Below, piece by piece: positions 1 to 12,569 of a stretch of DNA of 64,000 bases. The notes under the pieces were generated by a model. That model had not been told where the DNA came from. It did not search any database and saw only the letters and a program-made list of their open reading frames with translations. The position numbers and the translations under genes are program-made. Position 1 is the stretch's first letter; every line of letters starts with the position of its first letter. Source of the DNA: Octopus bimaculoides (lineage: Eukaryota); assembly GCF_001194135.2 (NCBI RefSeq), contig NC_068985.1, positions 77,562,568 to 77,626,567 on the forward strand. Reading direction: 5' to 3'.

Positions 1-62
<62 letters not shown>
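1..62. repeat. (CT)n microsatellite
   Basis: Pure CT dinucleotide run at the window start. Confidence 0.98.
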
Positions 63-65
<3 letters not shown>

Positions 66-1142
66 CAAATTAAAATATGATATGAATATCAAGTATGCAC
101 AAATTGTAATTGAACTGAATACTGTACTCATAGATCCTAATTGAAATATCATATAAATATTACATGCACACACATACATTACAAATTATGATTTAAATAT
201 TATATGAATATCATACACATACACAACAAATTATAATTAAAACATGAATGTTGCACATGAGCACAGCTGTGTAGTTAAGTTCAGTTTGCAAAGTGGTGAC
301 TTGGCACAGATGTTAGAGTGCCAGTCAAAAGAATTCATGGTATTTATTCTAGCACCCTGCATTCCGAGTTCAAATCCCACTGATGTCAACTTTACCATTC
401 ATCTTGTTGGCATCAGTAAATTAGGTAGCAGTCTAGGTGGTGCACCAGCAGATTTGTTAAAGTATTAGTTCAAGTTGTATTGCAGTATTTGTTCTGACTC
501 TGTACATTTTGGGTTTGAATCCTGCTGTGGGAGGGGTTGAGAAATAAGTCCTTTCTACTATAGTTTCAAGTTGATTAAAGTCTCATGAGAGAAATTTGGT
601 TGACTTAAATTGTATGAAAACCCACATTCTTTGGTGATAGATTTATTCTTTGCTCATTGAAACTATCACCTGGCATTTATGTGCTTTTAATAGATTCCAT
701 TCTCTTGCAAGTATTCAGGTCTCCAGTTGGTGGATAACTTTTTCCCTTTCTCCTACTAGTCATAAAGTCCCTGAACAGTGTCCTGCCCACTCTTCCTCTA
801 AGCCATTAACATATGAAATGTCATCTTTTACTTCTGTCAGTCATTGGATTGTGGCAATGCTGGGGCACCACCACGACAGGTTTTTAGTCAAAAGAGATGA
901 TGAGCGATGGCTAGAAGAATATTGAGCTTTGTTTGTTAACCAGTTGATCCAGCAAGCGTGCCTCATATCAGTAAGTGGAGGCCAGTGCGCATTGATGTCG
1001 TTGAGACATAGGCCCTGAAATGGTGTGCATTCTTTCCTGATGATCCCATACACTTGCTGGCTTCTGGTATACAGAGCTTATGACTGGTAGCACTTGCATG
1101 CACAAATTGTTTGCAGAACAACTTGTGTGTGTATATGTGTGC

Positions 1143-1194
<52 letters not shown>

Positions 1195-1692
1195 NNNNNN
1201 NNNNNNNNNNNNNNNNNNNNNNNNNNNNNNNNNNNNNNNNNNNNNNNNNNNNNNNNNNNNNNNNNNNNNNNNNNNNNNNNNNNNNNNNNNNNNNNNNNNN
1301 NNNNNNNNNNNNNNNNNNNNNNNNNNNNNNNNNNNNNNNNNNNNNNNNNNNNNNNNNNNNNNNNNNNNNNNNNNNNNNNNNNNNNNNNNNNNNNNNNNNN
1401 NNNNNNNNNNNNNNNNNNNNNNNNNNNNNNNNNNNNNNNNNNNNNNNNNNNNNNNNNNNNNNNNNNNNNNNNNNNNNNNNNNNNNNNNNNNNNNNNNNNN
1501 NNNNNNNNNNNNNNNNNNNNNNNNNNNNNNNNNNNNNNNNNNNNNNNNNNNNNNNNNNNNNNNNNNNNNNNNNNNNNNNNNNNNNNNNNNNNNNNNNNNN
1601 NNNNNNNNNNNNNNNNNNNNNNNNNNNNNNNNNNNNNNNNNNNNNNNNNNNNNNNNNNNNNNNNNNNNNNNNNNNNNNNNNNNNNNNNNNNN
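1195..1692. other. Assembly gap (N run). Other gaps: 8457-8735, 17023-17383, 19892-19901, 29611-30068, 42441-42923, 52900-52952, 63411-63420
   Basis: N characters. Most gaps abut (TA)n/(CA)n or interspersed repeats, as expected for scaffolded short-read contigs. Confidence 0.99.
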
Positions 1693-2276
1693 GTGATGTT
1701 TGGTGTGGTGTAGTGGTGTTGGAGTGTGTGGGAAGCAAGGGTAGGGTCAAGGGATGAGGTGGGGGTGGGATGGTGGGGTAACAAGGGAGGGGTGGTGATG
1801 AAGGGAGAAGGTGGGTAGGAGTGAAGAGAGGTGGATAGGTGGGAAGAAATAGGTGTGAAAGGAAGAGAAGAGGAGGGTTAGATGAAGAGGGGAGGAGAGT
1901 TGAACCCATGTGGTGCAAAGGAGCAAAGAGAGAAGATTAATCCCTGCTCACAGCAAAGACAGGAGTCCGGATGGCCCCTGTGCAAGGACCGAACACAGAC
2001 AGGTGTTGTAAAGAGTGACTGGTAGAGCGGAAATGGCATGAGAACGAGGTGTCATTGCCAAGTCGGATGTCTCAGAGGTGTTCCGCGAACCAGTCAGCCA
2101 AGCAGCGTCCCATTTGACTAATGTATAGAGGACAGAGAGAGCAGGAGATGCAGTAGATGACATTGCTAGAAGTGCAGATGAAGGAGTCAGTGATATGATA
2201 GGCACCCATCCTATGAGGAGGGTGGTGTTGAAGACGTAAGGGCAAGTGTGACAACATCGGTAGGAGCAGGGGAACA
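1693..2276 (-). mobile_element. Penelope-like element (Neptune-type) 3' fragment: Cys-rich linker plus GIY-YIG endonuclease, decayed
   Basis: Minus-strand translation across frameshifts: FPCSYRCCHTCPY (Cys linker), then HITDSFICTSSNVIYCISCSLCP-LYISQMGRCLADWFAEHLRDI (GIY...YIG-like and R...EH motifs), followed by a pyrimidine-rich 3' tail. Confidence 0.8.
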
Positions 2277-2290
2277 TAATATATCTTCAG

Positions 2291-3180
2291 AAATTAAAGT
2301 TATGGTATATAACACTTGCATCTACCATCTTTGCTATATGGGAGTGAGGCATGGGTTATTTACCGTAGGCATGTAAGGCAACTGGAACAATACCATCAAT
2401 ACTGAGAAAAATTGTCTGAGAAAAATTTGGGGGATAAACTGGAAAATGGCCATTAGAAATGTGGAGGCACTTGAGAAGAGTGCAGAATCATGGACTCTAT
2501 ACTTCTACTGCCAAAGATGTTTGAGGTGAGGTGGTGGGGGGATCTGGTAAGGATGAGTAACAAAAGCAGCTATTGTATGGTGAGCTGGAAGGTGGCAGGA
2601 GACCAGTGAACAAGCCTAAACTGAGGTTTAAGGATTGCCTTAAAATGCTCTAATACAGACAGGAATTGCAGTTGGTGATTGGGAGGGGGAGACAAAACTA
2701 GGATGGATGGAGAAAGACAGTGTATAGTGGTTGTTTGGGGATTGAGAGGGAGAGTGTGAAGTATGAGAGAATTAGGATGGGGCTTAGAATGAGGGAACTT
2801 GTGGAGAATGAAGGAGTGTTGCTTTTTGTGTGTGTGGTTTGTGGGTGTTTGGGTCATGCAGGCCATCAAAAATTTCACAGGAATCCACCTATGATAAACA
2901 GTGATGTGGTTATTTCAATTCACAACAGAACGTGTGTAAAATGTGGAAGTCTGTGCCTCTCAGTTGGTCGTCTGAAAAGACATGTTAAGAGAGCACATAC
3001 GTTGGCACCTGTTTCTCCTGCCAGCAAGCACAGCTGTGCAGTCTGTAATAAAATGTGTAAAACTTTGGCTGGGCTTAAGTCATATAAGGGCATTGCATGG
3101 CGTCAATAATGAATCATTTCAACATTTCAGTAAGTCTTTTTGGCAATGACTTTTCTTGTGTAACAAGGGTGCAGCTATGA
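2291..3180 (+). mobile_element. RTE-clade LINE 3' fragment (RT thumb and C-terminus), decayed, with three C-terminal zinc-finger-like motifs
   Basis: LPSLLYGSEAWVIYRRHVRQLEQYHQ and KQLLYGELEGGRRPVNKPKLRFKDCLK are typical RTE/BovB C-terminal motifs. These are followed by CVVC, CVKC...LKRHVKRAH and CAVC...LAGLKSY. Confidence 0.85.
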
Positions 3181-3185
3181 TATAG

Positions 3186-3478
3186 ATGTATGTATGTGTG
3201 TGTATGTATGTATGTGTGTATGTATGTATATATATATATATATGCATGTATGTATATATATATGTGTGCGTGTGTATGTATGTATGTGTGTATGTATATT
3301 TGTATGTATGTATATGTGTATGTCTATGTGTATACTTATGTATATATATGTATACGTATGTATGTGTGTATGTATATTTATATGTATATGTGTATATGTA
3401 TGTCTATATGTGTATACTTATGTATATATGTATACGTATGTGTGTATGTGCATGCACACACACACACACACACACACA
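3186..3478. repeat. Compound (TATG/TA/TG/CA)n microsatellite with an internal ~85-bp higher-order duplication
   Basis: The block gtatgtct..tgtgtatacttatgtatata..tgtatacgtatg occurs twice within the array. Confidence 0.9.
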
Positions 3479-3907
3479 CTTGTTATAGCGTTGGGTATAC
3501 TATTTATTGTTTCCATCTTCCTTGCTTCTTACTGTATCCAACCAGTATTTATGTGTTAGTTTTTGCCTTATGATTAACAGGATTGGTGTCAAGAATGACG
3601 TCTGCCTATAAGATGCTTCAAAATGTCCCTTACAACCCATACAAGTATGGAGAAATGGCCGTAGAAGCAGTGATGATGATGACAAAGATTAGCACACAAT
3701 TTTGCATGCGCACGCGTGCACACACACACACACACACACACCCACACACACCCACACTCATCTCAATTTCACTCTTCACTTGAGTCACTAAGGGAGCTTC
3801 TATGTAGTCACTTGACATGCTAGAAATAGCAGCCAAGTTTTCCTTGGAATACATCCTGCTATCCCCAAACTAATAGTTTAGATAATTAAATAACTTGTTT
3901 TTTTTTC

Positions 3908-4287
3908 TTTTATTTGTTTCACTTATTTGACTGCGGACATGCTAGAGCACCACCTTTCGTCGAGCAAATCGACCCCAGAGCTTATTCTTTGTAAGCCTAG
4001 TACTTATTCTATCGGTCTCTTTTGCCGAAATGCTAAGTTACAGAGACGTAAACACACCAGCATTGGTTGTCAAGCGATGTTAGGAGGGACAAACACACAT
4101 ATAAACATATACCCACACACATACATATACGGCTGGCTTCTTCCAGTTTTCATCTACCAAATCCACTCACAAGGCTTTGGTCAGCCCAAGGCTATAGTAG
4201 AAGACACTTGCCCAAGGTGCCACATAATGGGACTGAACCCAGGACCATGTGGTTGGTAAGCAAGCTACTTACCACACAGCCACTCCT
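3908..4287 (-). mobile_element. tRNA-headed SINE family B (internal microsatellite); other - copies 18535-18897 and 46790-47152
   Basis: Reverse complement of the 26021-26428 copy; shares ccaaatccactcacaaggctttgg and gaagacacttgcccaaggtgcc. Confidence 0.85.
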
Positions 4288-5280
4288 AGATACCTCTAAA
4301 ATAATAGGATCGTTACTGCTGGAATGCCTTTGATCATCAATTAACATTGACCCTGGGCTAATCAACAACTCTCTTTTCTTCTCTGCTCACAATTTTAGTC
4401 AATTTCTACTTAAAATACACCAACAGACACACATATCTTGTATCAAGGGAAGCATCTGTTGGTTCCTCCTGCTGTGTTGTTGAGGGATTCTTGGCTTGTA
4501 TTTATGGTTGATTAGTGATGTCTGTGTTAGAATTATTAGACATATGATGATTCTAGCTTTTGTTACATTCTATAACAGCCAAAAGTGTAAACTGCCCATG
4601 TCTCTCTTGTGAAGGAATATTCATTTCCTGAATTGTTAGACGTGCTGCCTATTGGCTTGTGTAGGTATTGGAAGACTCTGGTATCGTCATCATAATCATT
4701 GTATAATGCCTGTTTCTTCTTAGCTTTTGATCTGTAATAGGAACAAGTATATGAATTATTAGTAGGTAAAAGTAACTAAAAGTACTTTAGAAATTGGTTT
4801 TACTTTGTTTTGATGGTTGCTTGAGTCTCTTTTCTCTCAGTTATTACCTAGATGAAACAGATTAAGAATATTTATTGTACCACAAGCATTATACGAAAGT
4901 TTCTCTTCTTTTGACTTGGGTTTTGTTTGCATAGTGAATAAAATGAAGAATAAATGAAATAAATAAATCATTTTAAAAAAAAGTCAGCTACATAGCACCA
5001 ATAGTAAACTATTGGACTCCACCTCATCTCCCTTCCTGCTGCTCTCACATAGATTGGTGTTTTGTTTCACTGCCATCACCTCCATCCTTGTTTACAATCC
5101 TTCGACTGTAAACACCTCTGTTTACAATATTCTTGGCTTCAATCTTTGGCTTCAGCATATGATGGAACATTCGTGATGTTCCACAAGAAGGCGGGTGGCA
5201 CAGTAAGAGCATTCAGTCACGTTCTAGCAGCAATGCCTTCTGTTATTTCTGATAATTTGTTGTTGTTGTTATAATAATTC

Positions 5281-5324
<44 letters not shown>

Positions 5325-6186
5325 TGCCAGAAATAATTCTTAATAGTATACAGCACCAAAGAAAGAAGACAACTGCAATATGCTGGAAGAAACACTATTG
5401 TTGTTCTTGTTTCTTTGTTTTTTTGTATTTTTTTTTTCCTCCTTATTCTCTTACATCAGCAAGAGAAATGGTAAACATGTTAGTCTTTTGCTTCTCCTCT
5501 CTATCTCCTGCTTCTTCCTCCAACATTTACCTTCAACCAACCAACCCCCTTGTCTTTCTTTCTGCTAATGTGCTGTCTTGCCTGTTTATCAAATCAATAG
5601 CTTCAACAGCAATGATGAAATAAAAATAATAAATAAAAAATAATAAATAAAATAAAAATAAATTAAAAAAAGAGAAGTGACAAAAATGTCTTTTCTTCTG
5701 GTGCATTCTGTCCATGTAACTTTGATTGTGTTGTATATTTTCCATATGTTTGAGCAGTACAACAGGGAAATGCCTGAAACAATGTTCACACTGGAATATG
5801 ATAATTATTCCTTACATTTAACAGAAGGACACAACAGCATTGTAAGACAGGGCGGCAATCACTTAAATCAATGTGTGTGTACGCGTGTGCATGCATACAT
5901 GTACGCACGCATGCATATGTGCATGAATTGGTAGAGTCCTTAGAATGTCAGACAAACTGCTTTACAGTATTCATTTCAATTCTCAGCGCTCTTAGTTCAA
6001 ATACCACTGAGGTCTACTTAATCTGTAATCCCTTGATGGTGGTGGTGGTGGTAGATGATAAAGCACCAGTCCTGTACTGGGATTGTTTGTTCTCTATCTC
6101 TCCTTTCCTTATTTTTCTCTTTTCCATGCTTAAAGAAATCAGCTGTGCTATGACTTATGATTATGATCAGACCCGGATAAACCAGT

Positions 6187-6414
6187 TTAACCTTTTAGCA
6201 TTCACATTATTTGTCAAATATAATGGTTATCTATTCACATTGTTTTGAATTAGTCATGCTGTATTCTGTATCTTTGAGATTTTAATGAGGTAACTGTCAA
6301 TTTTTACAATGATATTGTAGGGTTGTTGTGAGAAGCCAGACCTGACCAGTTTGAGCATAAAACCGGTAGAATATTTGGGCCGGATATGGCTGATTTAAAT
6401 GCTTAAAGGGTTAA
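6187..6414. mobile_element. piggyBac-type MITE family 1 (~230 bp, TTAA-flanked)
   Basis: TTAA-CCTTTTAGCATT ... AATGCTTAAAGGG-TTAA terminal inverted repeats; the interior matches the other copies. Confidence 0.8.
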
Positions 6415-7353
6415 GCTACCCAAAGCATGCTACATCCATGACAGCACTATGGCTCTATCAGGTGCTCAAGACCCAAAGCATGTCTGTGCGGTTGACAAGT
6501 TCACTCTCAACCACATGAATTTGTCTAACTGGCTCTCTCTCTCTTTCTCTCTTTTTCTCTCTCTCTCTCTCTTTATATATATATATATATATAATTAAAA
6601 AAAGAAAATGAATTAATTAGCAAAACATAGCTCTTTGGTTTGGAACTGACAAAGATTGAAATAAGCCATAACACACAAGAACAAAATATCTATATGGGTG
6701 TGCAAGCACTCACAAACATACTCATGTGACCAAAATATTTTATTAAAAATATATTTGGCATGTATATTTAATCAATTTTAAAATTAAGTGCTACTAAATG
6801 CAGTAACATACACACATAAACTCATACCCTCATACACACAAACATTTTTATAACGAGTAAGATTAAAGTGTACCCGATACATAGTGTAAATTATAATTAT
6901 ATTTATTTGGCTGAAGCCATATGCTGTTAGGCCTTATATTTACATGATGATTCAGACGGCTGCAAATGTAGCCGCTTGAATGATCATATAAACATGAAAC
7001 TGAAGTAACAGCATGTGGCTTCAACCAATATATATGTATGTATGTATGTATACACACACTCACATGTACACATGCCCAATCCCAATATAAAAACACTAAG
7101 CAATTTACTGAGGAGGTAAATAATTAGCTAATGAGACAACTTAGTACTGGCCTTCATCACTGACCTTATCTAATATGATATGTGCTTCTAATTAGCAATT
7201 CAACACTAAAATCTTTTTACCACTACACTATTAACAATTCACATTAAGCTTCAGTTATAAGTTACACTTCCTGTGCCAAAAACAACAGAGAATATCAATT
7301 ATGATGGACAGAGACACTAAAAATTATCTGGCATCATCATCATCATTATAATC

Positions 7354-7388
<35 letters not shown>

Positions 7389-7404
7389 TATATATATATA
7401 TATT

Positions 7405-7615
7405 AAGGTGGGAAGCTGGCAGAATCAGCAACACACAAGACAGAAATTTTTAGTGGCATTTGGTCCGCTTTATGTTCTGAGTTCAAATTCTGTCATGGTT
7501 GACTTTGCCTTTCATCATTTTAGGTTTGATAAAATAAGAACTAGTCAAGAATTAGGATCAATGTAATTGACTAGCCCCCTCCTAAAGTTTCAGGTGCCTA
7601 TTGTAGGAAGCATTA
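7405..7615 (+). mobile_element. SINE family A (ggcgagctggcagaa...tctgagttcaaat...gtaccag...ccttgtgcc), representative copy
   Basis: B-box-like TCTGAGTTCAAAT core, a conserved body and an (ATT)n tail. At least 18 recognisable copies occur in the window (see findings). Confidence 0.85.
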
Positions 7616-7621
7616 TTATTA

Positions 7622-8000
7622 TTGAGTTAGAGAGCTGCACACACTATCAAAGTGACACTGGGGTACTAATATAAGAAGCCCAAATATACAAATATACCTG
7701 TCATAATTACCTATTTGATAAGGGTACACCAGTCACATGCATCATAACTGCATGTGTGCAAGTAAACACTAGGGAAAAATGGAGTTAGTGACATTTAAAG
7801 AAGAAAAAAATACAGGTTAATTAGAATTTTCCTCAGGTTGAGTAACCCATCTCTCTCAAAAGGTCCCTGAATAAGAGTTATGGTTGATGAAACACCCATG
7901 TTTCCAGGGGTGAACTATTCAATCCCAAAAGAATCCCTCTCAAGACATGGCTGTGATGCTCCCCTCAACTACACCTGCTCATGATCAGAGATACACAAAT
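7622..8000. repeat. Interspersed repeat (gagagcag..gccatcaaagtgacac..ataagggtacacc..aaaaggtccctgaataag); second copy 63713-64000
   Basis: Two colinear, similar copies in the same orientation; family not identified. Confidence 0.75.
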
Positions 8001-8164
8001 CTCTGGTATTGAGCAGAATATTTGCTGTAGTCCATCTTTTATACCAAGACAAAAACATGTTAACACTTCCAATCAATTGGGAGCCACTGCCTAGTATTGC
8101 ATCAGGGCATTTATTATTATCATTATTATTATGGCTTTTCAACAACAAAAGAAAAAAACAAGTT

Positions 8165-8456
8165 GAATCATCATCATCATCGTTTAACATCCGCCTTCCA
8201 TGCTAGCATGGGTTGGATGATTTGACTGAGGACTGGTGAAACCGGATGGCAACACCAGGCTCCAATCTAATTTGGCAGAGTTTCTACAGCTGGATGCCCT
8301 TCCTAACGCCAACTACTCAGAGAGTGTAGTGGGTGCTTTTACGTGTCACCCGCACGAAAACGGCCACGCTCGAAATGGTGTCTTTTATGTGCCACCCGCA
8401 CAAGAGCCAGTCCAGGGGCACTGGCAACGATCTCGCTCGAAAACCCTACAAAGGCC
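8165..8456 (-). mobile_element. RTE-tail-like short retroelement (family R, (ATG)n tail), copy 1
   Basis: (atc)n-gtttaacatccg...ggatgcccttcctaacgccaac; reverse complement of the 12570-12825 and 55891-56051 copies. Confidence 0.8.
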
Positions 8457-8735
8457 NNNNNNNNNNNNNNNNNNNNNNNNNNNNNNNNNNNNNNNNNNNN
8501 NNNNNNNNNNNNNNNNNNNNNNNNNNNNNNNNNNNNNNNNNNNNNNNNNNNNNNNNNNNNNNNNNNNNNNNNNNNNNNNNNNNNNNNNNNNNNNNNNNNN
8601 NNNNNNNNNNNNNNNNNNNNNNNNNNNNNNNNNNNNNNNNNNNNNNNNNNNNNNNNNNNNNNNNNNNNNNNNNNNNNNNNNNNNNNNNNNNNNNNNNNNN
8701 NNNNNNNNNNNNNNNNNNNNNNNNNNNNNNNNNNN

Positions 8736-9002
8736 GAATCATCATCATCATCGTTTAACATCCGCCTTCCATGCTAGCATGGGTTGGATGATTTGACTGA
8801 GGACTGGTGAAACCGGATGGCAACACCAGGCTCCAATCTAATTTGGCAGAGTTTCTACAGCTGGATGCCCTTCCTAACGCCAACTACTCAGAGAGTGTAG
8901 TGGGTGCTTTTACGTGTCACCCGCACGAAAACGGCCACGCTCGAAATGGTGTCTTTTATGTGCCACCCGCACAAGAGCCAGTTCAGGGGCACCGGCAACG
9001 AT
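8736..9002 (-). mobile_element. Family R copy 2, near-identical to 8165-8431 across the gap
   Basis: Same sequence with 2 visible substitutions over ~265 bp. Confidence 0.8.
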
Positions 9003-9758
9003 GTAAGAGAATAATTTTTTAAATGGTTCAAATTCAAAGAAGTTTTCAAATATCAGGGACTGTATTAGTAGGGTTTTGATGTAATGACTAAAGAGTTAGT
9101 GGCTTGTATCTTGTAACCGGTGCTATTTTGTCAGTGAAAAAAAGAAAAAAAAAAACCTTTTGAAATAGATAGTGAGATAACTTGGATGAAATCATTTACT
9201 TTCTTTTTTTTTAATAACATGTTAGCATTCACAAGATTGTAACAACTAAATAATTTAACAAGTTAGGTTTATTTTATTATAGTGCTTGGCCATTTGAAGC
9301 CTTGTGAGTGGATTTGGTAGGTGGAAACTGAAAAGAAACCTGTCATGCATGTACATGACAAGTTTCTTATGTTTTTGTTTACATGTGCACTCACTTCTGT
9401 CAAAGTTATGACATTCAAGTGATGTTGCTGTTGGCACTTCTGTCAATAAATCATCTATTTACTTCATGCCTTTGAAGCTGTGTGGAATAAGAGATCCTTT
9501 TCTTGAAAAACCAAAGGTTAGCATCAGGATGGGCACTCAGCTGTAGAAAAAACACTTTCTCAGTAACACATTCATTTAACTTATGCTAGTATAAAAAAAA
9601 AAAACATGTAAAAACAAACATATTCTCTACAGTGTGATATCAGTTGGTAAAATTTAAAGAGTAACTGCTTGGTTAGCTAGAAATAGCACCCAAATCTTGG
9701 ATAAATAGAAAAGATCAAGTTCACTGCTTTCTAACCTTCCATCAGCTAGGTCTTTTCC

Positions 9759-9957
9759 TTAACCTTTTAGCATTCAGATTATTTTGTCTATAGTAATGGT
9801 TATTTATTCTCGTAACTTTGAGACTTCAATGATGTAATGGTTTATTTTTAGAACAGCATTGTAGGATAGGTGTGAAAGACTGGATCTAGCCAGTTTGAAT
9901 ACAAAAGAAGTAGAGTGTTTGGGCCTGATATGGCTGGTTTAAATGCTAAAGGGTTAA
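9759..9957. mobile_element. piggyBac-type MITE family 1
   Basis: TTAA-CCTTTTAGCATTC ... AAATGCTAAAGGG-TTAA. Confidence 0.8.
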
Positions 9958-11197
9958 ACCTTTATTGGAGATACAAAACTCATGAATTAGTGACATAACA
10001 GTAGACTTAGAGAATAATGCTTCATTCATCTGAAAAAATTTTGGATTTTGGAATTACAAGATAAAGTGCTATCAGCAATCGGTGTATTGAATATGTACAG
10101 TTTACCAGTCTAAGCAGTAAGATTAACAAGTGTTTCACTAGTTCGCAGTGCTGAGATGAACCTTTCTTTTAGGTGTGTCTTTAAATATGTAGATGGATCC
10201 TGCTATGTTGATTTATCCTCTGTGAAGGTGGAATCTTCAAAGTAGTACATCTTTTATTACAATGGCTTGGCAGGCTCACTTCAAGTTCACAAACAAGATG
10301 TTTCTTTGGTAATCATTCCTCTGTTCTTAATGTTTAATAATCAGCTTCATTATCCTTTAATTAATTTGTAATTATTTAAATAATTACCTAATGGATAGCT
10401 CTATAAACATTACATACTGATTGATGGGCTTGATACTCTTGATAATGATGTAAAATGTTGATGATGATGGTAGTGGTTGTGGCAGTGGTAGGTCATAAAT
10501 ATTTATGATGTCATCTGGTGTTTAATGTGCATCAAGTACATCAGTTGCCAGATGACAATGTTGTGTGCTTTTATATAGTATTTAACTGATTATTTCAAGT
10601 TTTTGGTTGTGGTAACAATGAGTGAGAATATAAATAGTTGACTACCCAACAAAGTGATTGAACCCCAGAAGTGCATTTGATGTTGCAATTGCTTTTTTTA
10701 ATCGTGAGGGATTTTTTGAAATTTTGAAATTTCACCAATTAAGAAACAATGCTTAAAGTTCACTGAATCTACCATATATAGAGGTTATCATGATACAGCT
10801 AAAAGGTTATATTCACTAACTTTTTCTCCAGCGTCTACAGATCTTCCACAGCCACTGTCATCTCACTACTACATCATGTCACACTTGACTACTGTCTACC
10901 TTTCACATAAAGAGTTAAAAAAAACCTTTGTTATCAAGGGTGAAACAAATCCCTAAACTTCTTCCGTCTCTTTGATTCTCTAGCTGTCATTACAATCACC
11001 CAAACCCAGCCCTGACTATATCAGACAAAAGAATCAAAACTATCAACTAAGTCTACTGATCCACTAGGGATGATGTTATCTTTGTAAACTCGGTTATACA
11101 TATTTGAAAATTAAAAACATTCTCTGTTGACTTTACAATAAAAAGACAAACTTTGTAAAAAAACAAAATTTCTTATATCTGTTTTATTTAATTTCAG

Positions 11198-11267
11198 ATT
11201 ACAGTGAAGAGCAGAACATTTCTGCGAATCTGGGGCTGTTTGTTTTCCCTTGGGTTACATGTGAATA
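11198..11267 (+). other. 5'UTR part of the start-codon exon of an Ig-superfamily gene
   Basis: Acceptor gttttatttaatttcag|A at 11197/11198. All three frames contain stops, so no upstream coding frame reads into the signal peptide. Confidence 0.65.
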
Positions 11268-11310
11268 ATGCTGTTTTTACTTTTGCTTTTGCCCTTCGTA
11301 GAATCTAAAG
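11268..11310 (+). CDS. Signal-peptide coding exon (MLFLLLLLPFVESK + G), phase-1 donor
   Basis: ATG at 11268, a hydrophobic h-region, V-E-S at -3/-1, and a strong AAG|GTAAGC donor at 11311. The phase matches the Ig exon at 54949 (G+AT = Asp). Confidence 0.7.
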
Positions 11311-12231
11311 GTAAGCTATTTCCATTTCTATTACATACTTCTATAAGTACCTACTGCTTTCCCCTAAAATTCTTGGCTGTGTACCTTCCCTTTCCTTCTT
11401 CCCTTTTCTTACTCTCAACTTCTACATTTCTCTACAGTTAACTACCTGCTCTTATTTCCCCACTAATTACTAAGCTCACACACTTCAAACTGTCAGTAAT
11501 CATGCAAACCCCAGAAGTCCCTGACTTGCTAAGGGTTAAAACTCTATGAATTTTCCCCCCATCTCCCTTAGCTAACAAAAGATTAAATGGCTGATATAGA
11601 TAAGATATTGAGACATTGGATCATAGACCCTGAGGTCTTGCAACAAATGAGTCAGACTCTTAAATATTTTGTGACTATATTTTTTATGGAATATACTTCC
11701 ATTTAATTTCAAAATAATTAACAAATCTGAGTGGTTTATTAAAAATGACTTCATTATTAACCCTTTAGCATTTAAACAGGCAATATATTTTTTGTGCAGA
11801 GTTATAGATATCAAAAAGCTCTTGCATAAAATTTAAACCTCTTTTACTTCATTTTTATTTTTGAAATAATCTATAGTGTATGTGTGCAACCATGTGTGTT
11901 GACTCCCTGCCACTAAGACTCCTATCTGGATCCCACATGGTGATGTATGGTAACTGGGCTTTTCACAGATCCAAGCTGATTTGGCAAGCAATGTCAAAGC
12001 AATTGTATTTCCCAAATATAGTATTCAGGCTTGTCCGAATGGATACATCCTGATATTTATCAACTACTACTTGGTTGCCTTGTTTGTAAATCCTGGAAAG
12101 AAAGGTTTTGAAGAATATACTCTGAAAGAATGTGGAAACCAACTTTTTTTACTCTTTAGTGTTCAGATTAATCTGTCAAATGTAATGCTAATTTGTTCAC
12201 ATTATTTTGAATTATTCAGGTTCAAGAGGGG

Positions 12232-12348
12232 TGTCAACAATATTTGCTTGTAACTTTGTTGATTTTTTACATACAGATTTGAAATTTTGTCAACAATATT
12301 TGCTTGTAACTTTGTTAATTTTTTACATACAGATTTGAAATTTTGTCA
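12232..12348. repeat. 56-bp tandem duplication (2 copies, 1 mismatch)
   Basis: tgtcaacaatatttgcttgtaactttgtt[g/a]attttttacatacagatttgaaattt x2. Confidence 0.95.
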
Positions 12349-12569
12349 GTGGGTGCTTATATATCAGTGGATTATAACTACGTAATTTTAACTGATCTTG
12401 CTGATTAAATTTGACTTTTATGGGCAGGAAAATTTAATGAACACGTGTAAAAGCAATAACATAATGGATAAACAATAAAATTGACATTTTTAATGCATCT
12501 TACCTGTATGAGTTTGTCAACTGCCAACAATTTTGCTACTTTTCAAGATAAGATACATTAATTTGAATT

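Noticed and set aside
963-1918. Long ORFs spanning N gaps or microsatellites (also near 3186, 8236, 16915, 21999, 29445, 42393, 49929)
   Set aside because: They are open only because of N runs or dinucleotide repeats (YIYI, CVCV, THTH).
12505-12536. Minus-strand mini-exon (KLLAVDKLIQ) with a CAG|GTAAG donor
   Set aside because: The acceptor is poor and no partner exons were found on the minus strand.
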